A stretch of 64,000 nucleotides of DNA from an uncultured Actinomycetes bacterium. Its GTDB lineage: Bacteria > Actinomycetota > Thermoleophilia > UBA2241. The translations under genes were made by a program, and so were the position numbers. Below the pieces are notes generated by a model. It worked only from the letters and a program-made list of their open reading frames with translations, did not search any database and was not told the origin of the DNA. Shown piece after piece: positions 59,244 to 64,000 of this stretch; within the stretch, counting starts at the first letter, position 1; each line of letters begins with the position of its first letter. The stretch is taken from contig CAVWIH010000017.1 of NCBI GenBank assembly GCA_963755025.1, positions 32,001 to 96,000 of the forward strand. Direction: 5' to 3'.

Positions 59244-59248
59244 GCGCC

Positions 59249-59611
59249 ATGCGCGAAGACACCTACCTGCAGGACCGCGGACACCTCGCGGGACTCACCG
59301 ACGAACAACTCGAAGCGCGCTTCTGGGCGCTCGCCGAGGGCGCCGTGGCGCCGCTCGTCGAGCTCGCCCGCACGCACACCTCGCCCTCTATCGAGCGCAG
59401 CGTGCTCATGCGCATGGGCATCGACTCGCGCACCTGCATGGCCGTCGTCGCGGAGTGCGAGAAGCGCGCCCTGCTCGGTCACGGCGCCGGTCAGATCGTG
59501 CTGCACTGCGCCACCGCCCAGAACGTGTCGGTGGTCGAAGCGGCCGGGCTGCTCGCCGCCGGCGAAGCCTGGGACACGGTCGAACAGAAGTGGGGGGCGC
59601 CCCATGCCTGA
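59249..59611 (+). CDS. oraS: D-ornithine 4,5-aminomutase alpha subunit
   Basis: LTDEQLEARFWAL...THTSPSIERSVLMRMG...LLGHGAG. Confidence 0.9.
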   Translation: MREDTYLQDRGHLAGLTDEQLEARFWALAEGAVAPLVELARTHTSPSIERSVLMRMGIDSRTCMAVVAECEKRALLGHGAGQIVLHCATAQNVSVVEAAGLLAAGEAWDTVEQKWGAPHA

Positions 59612-61808
59612 CGCGCCCCTCAAGCCCAACGAGAAGCTCGACGTGAAGGCGCTGCTCGAGGGCATCGCCGACTACCGCCCGCGGCGCAAGGGCTGGCACT
59701 GGCGCGAGCCGGTGGCCGACCAGAAGCTCGGGCCTTTCATGTACAAGGAGACCTCGAAGGGCCTCGCCCACAGCGTGCCGCTGCCGGCCGCCCACTACTT
59801 CGGCGACATCGACCCGCAGCCCGACTGCGTGGTCACCACCGAGATCGCCAGCGGGCGCTTCGAAGACGACATCCGCCGCATGCGCATGGCGGCCTGGCAC
59901 GGCGCCGACCACATGATGGTCATCCGCACCGCCGGGCAGAGCCACATGGACGGTCTGCTCGAGGGCACACCTGAGGGCATCGGCGGCATCGCCGTGACCC
60001 GCAAGCAGGTGCGCGCCACGCGGCGCGCCATCGACCTGATCGAAGACGAGGTCGGCCGGCCCATCAACTTCCACTCCTACGTGAGCGGCGTGGCCGGCCC
60101 CGAGATGGCCGTCATGTTCGCCGAAGAGGGCGTCAACGGCGCTCACCAGGACCCGCAGTACAACGTCCTCTACCGCAACATCAACATGTACCGCAGCTTC
60201 GTCGACGCCGCCGTGGCCAAGCACGTCATGGCCAGCGTGCGCATGGCCCAGATCGACGGCGCCCACAACGCCAACGCCACGGCCCGCGAGGCCTGGAAGG
60301 TCATGCCGGAGCTGCTCGTGCAGCACGCCATCAACTGCGCCTACTCCGAGGCGGCCGGCATGCCCAAGGCCGACATCTGCCTGTCGACCGTGCCGCCCGA
60401 CTCGCCGCCGGCGCCCTGCATGCGCATGGACCTGCCCTACGCCGTCGCCCTGCGCGACCTCTTCGGGCAGTACAAGATGCGCGCCCAGCAGAACACGCGC
60501 TACATGGAGTCGTGCGGCCGCGAGGCCACCGTCAGCCATGTCATGAACCTCATGATCAGCCGCCTGACGAGCGCCGACATCCAGAGCACGATCACCCCCG
60601 ACGAGGGCCGCAACGTGCCCTGGCACTACAACAACGTGCACGCCGTGAACACCGCCCGCCAGTCGCTCGTGGGCATGGACGGCCTGCGCGAGTTCGTGAA
60701 GCTCGACCTCGACAACCCCGAGTTCCAGAGCGGCGTGCGCGAGTTGAAGGAGCGCGCCGTGCTGTTCCTCGAGGCCATGGAGCGCGACGGCGGCTACTTC
60801 GCCGCGGTCGAGCAGGGTTACTTCGTCGACTCCGGTGAGTACCCCGAGACCAACGACGACGGCATCGTGCGCTTCGCCGACGGCGGTGTGGCGGCCGGCA
60901 CCATCGTCGAGCGGGCCGACGACTACCTGGCGCCGGTCTGCCACCACTTCGGCGACAACCACCTGCCCGACGGGCTCGCCAAGCCGTGCGACCCGATCGG
61001 CGGCTGCACGCTGTGCGACGCCGAGAAGGTGCCCTTCACCGACGAGCTCGACCCCGAAGACAACGTCAACGTGCGCCTCGAGCGCACCGCCGCGCTGCGC
61101 GACAAGGGCCTGATCACGCCCGAGGTCGAGTGGGCCGGCGACGGCATCGTCGTGGTCACGCTCTTCCTGCCGGCCTCGGAGCGGGTGGCCGAGTTCGCCG
61201 CCCTCGAGCTCGCCAAGGCGATGAACCTGCACGACCCCGAGGTCATCCACAAGCAGGTCATGCACCCCGCCGAAGGCACGCTGGTCGAGGTCAAAGGGCG
61301 CCTCGAGGTGACCATCGACCCGGCCACCCTCGTCATTCCCCCGCCGCCCGACATACTCTCGGCCGACGAGGTGCGCGCCTTCGTGAAGGAGCGCGGCCTC
61401 AAGGTCGTCGGCGCCACGGTCGGCGAAGACGAGCACTCGGTGGGCATGCGCGAGATCATCGACATCAAGCACGGCGGCCTCGAGGGCTTCGGCGTGGCCT
61501 GCGAGTACCTGGGCACCTCGGTGCCGGTCGAGAAGGTGCTCGACGCCGCCATCGAGCACGCCGCCGACGCGGTGCTGATCTCGACGATCATCACCCACGG
61601 CGACATGCACCGCCAGAACATGGAGAAGCTCGCCGACCTGGCCGTCGAGAAGGGCGTGCGCGACAAGCTGCTGCTCATCGCCGGCGGCACCCAGGTGACC
61701 GCCGAACAGGCCCGCAGCTGGGGCATGGACACCGGCTTCGGGCGCGGCACGAAGGGCATCGACGTGGCCTCGTTCATGGTCAAGGCTCTGCGCGAGCGCA
61801 GCAAGTAG
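59604..61808 (+). CDS. oraE: D-ornithine 4,5-aminomutase beta subunit (AdoCbl/PLP)
   Basis: TTEIASGRFEDDIRRMRMAAWHGADH, HQDPQYNVLYRNINM, B12 motif EDEHSVG, PLP lysine in IDIKHGG. Confidence 0.95.
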   Translation: MPDAPLKPNEKLDVKALLEGIADYRPRRKGWHWREPVADQKLGPFMYKETSKGLAHSVPLPAAHYFGDIDPQPDCVVTTEIASGRFEDDIRRMRMAAWHGADHMMVIRTAGQSHMDGLLEGTPEGIGGIAVTRKQVRATRRAIDLIEDEVGRPINFHSYVSGVAGPEMAVMFAEEGVNGAHQDPQYNVLYRNINMYRSFVDAAVAKHVMASVRMAQIDGAHNANATAREAWKVMPELLVQHAINCAYSEAAGMPKADICLSTVPPDSPPAPCMRMDLPYAVALRDLFGQYKMRAQQNTRYMESCGREATVSHVMNLMISRLTSADIQSTITPDEGRNVPWHYNNVHAVNTARQSLVGMDGLREFVKLDLDNPEFQSGVRELKERAVLFLEAMERDGGYFAAVEQGYFVDSGEYPETNDDGIVRFADGGVAAGTIVERADDYLAPVCHHFGDNHLPDGLAKPCDPIGGCTLCDAEKVPFTDELDPEDNVNVRLERTAALRDKGLITPEVEWAGDGIVVVTLFLPASERVAEFAALELAKAMNLHDPEVIHKQVMHPAEGTLVEVKGRLEVTIDPATLVIPPPPDILSADEVRAFVKERGLKVVGATVGEDEHSVGMREIIDIKHGGLEGFGVACEYLGTSVPVEKVLDAAIEHAADAVLISTIITHGDMHRQNMEKLADLAVEKGVRDKLLLIAGGTQVTAEQARSWGMDTGFGRGTKGIDVASFMVKALRERSK

Positions 61809-61893
61809 ACTGACGCATCATGAGCCCCTGCACACGCACAGAGACGCACGCACACCCGCGCACCGACACGCGCTCGGGCGCAGCGGCGGTCGC

Positions 61894-63276
61894 GTGACCG
61901 TCGCGGGCAGCGCGGGGCGGGGGCGGGCGGCGCCGCAGGCGCCGCCCGCCCCATCGACGCCCTGGTCGCCGAGATCGGTTCGACCACCACCGTGGTCTCG
62001 GCGTTCGACGGCCTCGGCGGTTACCCCGACACGCGAACCGCGGTTGCTCGGCCAGGGCGTGGCGGCGACCTCGGTGGCCGACGGCGACGTCACGATCGGC
62101 GTCGGCGCGGCCCGGGCGGCCCTCGAAGAGCAGATCGGGCCGCTCACGCCGCGCCTCACGCTGGCCACCAGCTCGGCCGCCGGCGGCCTGCGCATGACCG
62201 TCCACGGCCTCACCCAGCGCATGACCGCCATGGCGGCCCGCGAAGCGGCTCTGGGGGCGGGCGCCGTCGTGACCTACCAGACGGCCGGCCTGCTGCGCGA
62301 CCACGACCTGCGCAAGATCGCCGAAGCGCGCCCCAGCCTCGTGCTGCTGGCCGGCGGGGTAGAGGGCGGCGACTACGAGACCATCCTCGCCAACGCGCGG
62401 CGGCTCTGCGAGCTCGAGCTGCGCCCGATCGTGGTGTACGGCGGCAACTCGGAGGTCGCCGACGACGCCCGCGCGCTGCTCGAGCACGCCGGCTTTCGCG
62501 TGCGCGTCACCGCCAACGTCTATCCGGCCGTCGACGAGCTCGACATCGTGCCGGCGCGAGCCGTCATTCACGACGCCTTCGAAGAGCACATCACCCACGC
62601 GCCCGGCATGGAGCGCATCGGCGAGGTGGTGAACGGCCACATCCTGCCCACGCCGGGCGCCGTGCTGCTGGCCGCCGAGCGCCTCGCCGACGACCTCGGC
62701 GACCTGGTCGTGGTCGACGTCGGCGGGGCTACGACCGACGTGCACTCGATCACCGACGGCAGCCCCGAGCTCAGCGCCATCCAGACCGAGCCGCAGGCCC
62801 ACAGCCGGCGCACGGTCGAAGGCGACCTGGGCACCTTCGTGAGCGCGGCCCACGTGGCCGCCATGATGCCGGCCGCCGAGCGCCCCGCGGCGCTGCCGCC
62901 GGCGCTGCCCGCGACGCCGGCCGAGATCGCGGCGGCGAGCGCCCTGGCCGCGTTCTGCGCCGTGACCGCGGTGCAGCGCCACGCCGGGCGGCTCGCCCAC
63001 CTCTACACGCCGACCGGGCGCCAGACCGTCGCCCGCGGCCGCGACCTCACCGCCTGCCGCCTGCTGATCGGCACCGGCGGCGCGCTCACCCGCCTGCCCG
63101 GCGGCGAGGCCATGCTGCAGGCCACGCGCGGCGCCGGCGGCGAGCGGCTGCTGCCGCCGGCCGAGGCGCGCTGCCTGCTCGACAGCGACTACATCGTGGC
63201 CGACGCCGGCGCCCTGCTGGCTCACTTCGACGGCGCCGCCGTGGTCGCGCTCATCAGGTCGAGCCTGGCGTTCTAG
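61894..63276 (+). CDS. GlmL/MutL-like mutase reactivating factor (OraF-like); two compensating frameshifts near the 5' end
   Basis: IDALVAEIGSTTT lies in an alternate frame (about 61953-62030); main frame has SSAAGGLRM, LLAGGVEGG, PTPGAV, VDVGGATTDVHS, RTVEGDLG, IGTGGAL. Confidence 0.85.
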   Translation: MTVAGSAGRGRAAPQAPPAPSTPWSPRSVRPPPWSRRSTASAVTPTREPRLLGQGVAATSVADGDVTIGVGAARAALEEQIGPLTPRLTLATSSAAGGLRMTVHGLTQRMTAMAAREAALGAGAVVTYQTAGLLRDHDLRKIAEARPSLVLLAGGVEGGDYETILANARRLCELELRPIVVYGGNSEVADDARALLEHAGFRVRVTANVYPAVDELDIVPARAVIHDAFEEHITHAPGMERIGEVVNGHILPTPGAVLLAAERLADDLGDLVVVDVGGATTDVHSITDGSPELSAIQTEPQAHSRRTVEGDLGTFVSAAHVAAMMPAAERPAALPPALPATPAEIAAASALAAFCAVTAVQRHAGRLAHLYTPTGRQTVARGRDLTACRLLIGTGGALTRLPGGEAMLQATRGAGGERLLPPAEARCLLDSDYIVADAGALLAHFDGAAVVALIRSSLAF

Positions 63277-63376
63277 AGGTCTCAGCGGGGAAGGGCGTGA
63301 CCGAGGCGAGCGCTCCCGGAGCCCTTCCGGCGAGCGTGATGATAGACTCCGCCGACGGGCGACGACGAGGGGGAAC

Positions 63377-63871
63377 GTGCCTATCTGCGAGGTCTGTGGC
63401 GCCGCGGTCGCGGCCGACGAGCGCTGCCCGTCGTGTGGCGCCGGCGGCGCGCCGGCGGCCCCCGACCGGGCCATGGTCGCGCCCGGCCAGACCACGGCAG
63501 CGCCCGGCCCGACCACGGCAGCGCCCGCCTGGCCGCCCGCGCCGGCTTGGCCGCCGCTCGCGCCGGCCTGGCCGCCGCCCCCGCTACCATCCTTCGTGGC
63601 CCAGGTAACGGCTCCGGTCCCGGCTCCGGGCGCGGCTTGGGGAGCGGCTTGGGGAGCGCCATCCTGCGTCCTTCTGGCCGTGCGCGCCCTCGTGACGAAG
63701 CGCCGCCTGCCCGCCCGCCTCGTGGCCTCATGCGGCCTTGCGGCGATCGTCGTGTTCGTCGTCGAGTTCGTGCGCTGGGCGGTGCCGGGCAGCCTTGTCC
63801 TGGTGCTGTTCGTCAGCATCGCCGGCGCCGGCCTGCTCGTGGCCGGGGCGCTCAGGCTGGCGCGGCGCTGA
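63377..63871 (+). CDS. Small protein with N-terminal zinc ribbon, Pro-rich linker and C-terminal TM helices
   Basis: CEVCG...CPSCG, WPPAPA repeats, hydrophobic C-terminus; RBS GAGGGG. Confidence 0.6.
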   Translation: MPICEVCGAAVAADERCPSCGAGGAPAAPDRAMVAPGQTTAAPGPTTAAPAWPPAPAWPPLAPAWPPPPLPSFVAQVTAPVPAPGAAWGAAWGAPSCVLLAVRALVTKRRLPARLVASCGLAAIVVFVVEFVRWAVPGSLVLVLFVSIAGAGLLVAGALRLARR

Positions 63872-64000
63872 CGGCGCTGCGAGCGACAGACGCCATGAGG
63901 GCGACCACCGCGGCCTCGTCGACGCGCCGCGGGGTGACGGGCGAGGCGCGCCGCGGGGCGAGGGGCGAGGCGCGCCGCGGGGCGACAGTCCGGCGCAGGG

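Overview
Very GC-rich bacterial chromosomal segment; composition and gene style suggest an anaerobic or facultative actinobacterium, possibly Thermoleophilia (inference). In order: a cytoplasmic two-component pair; two divergent secreted proteins (a G1 glutamic peptidase and a 1892-aa FG-GAP/Ig-repeat surface protein) sharing a C-terminal module; a glycan locus in which a 1.8-kb ABC exporter gene occurs as two near-identical direct copies flanking two glycosyltransferases; an APC permease plus acetamidase; an atypical transaldolase-family gene with a HisC-like aminotransferase and transketolase; an RpoD-like sigma paralog; cbiZ and cbiB; a probably fused NfnAB; a full pentose-phosphate operon (tkt-tal-pgi-gnd-zwf-pgl); rnpB; AddAB; an S53 peptidase; and the oxidative ornithine (Stickland) cluster ord-ortAB-oraSE plus a GlmL-like gene, with no racemase gene directly following. 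Several genes carry 1-2 nt frameshifts, nearly all insertions, which look like long-read errors. No CRISPR array, tRNA, rRNA or transposase was recognised.
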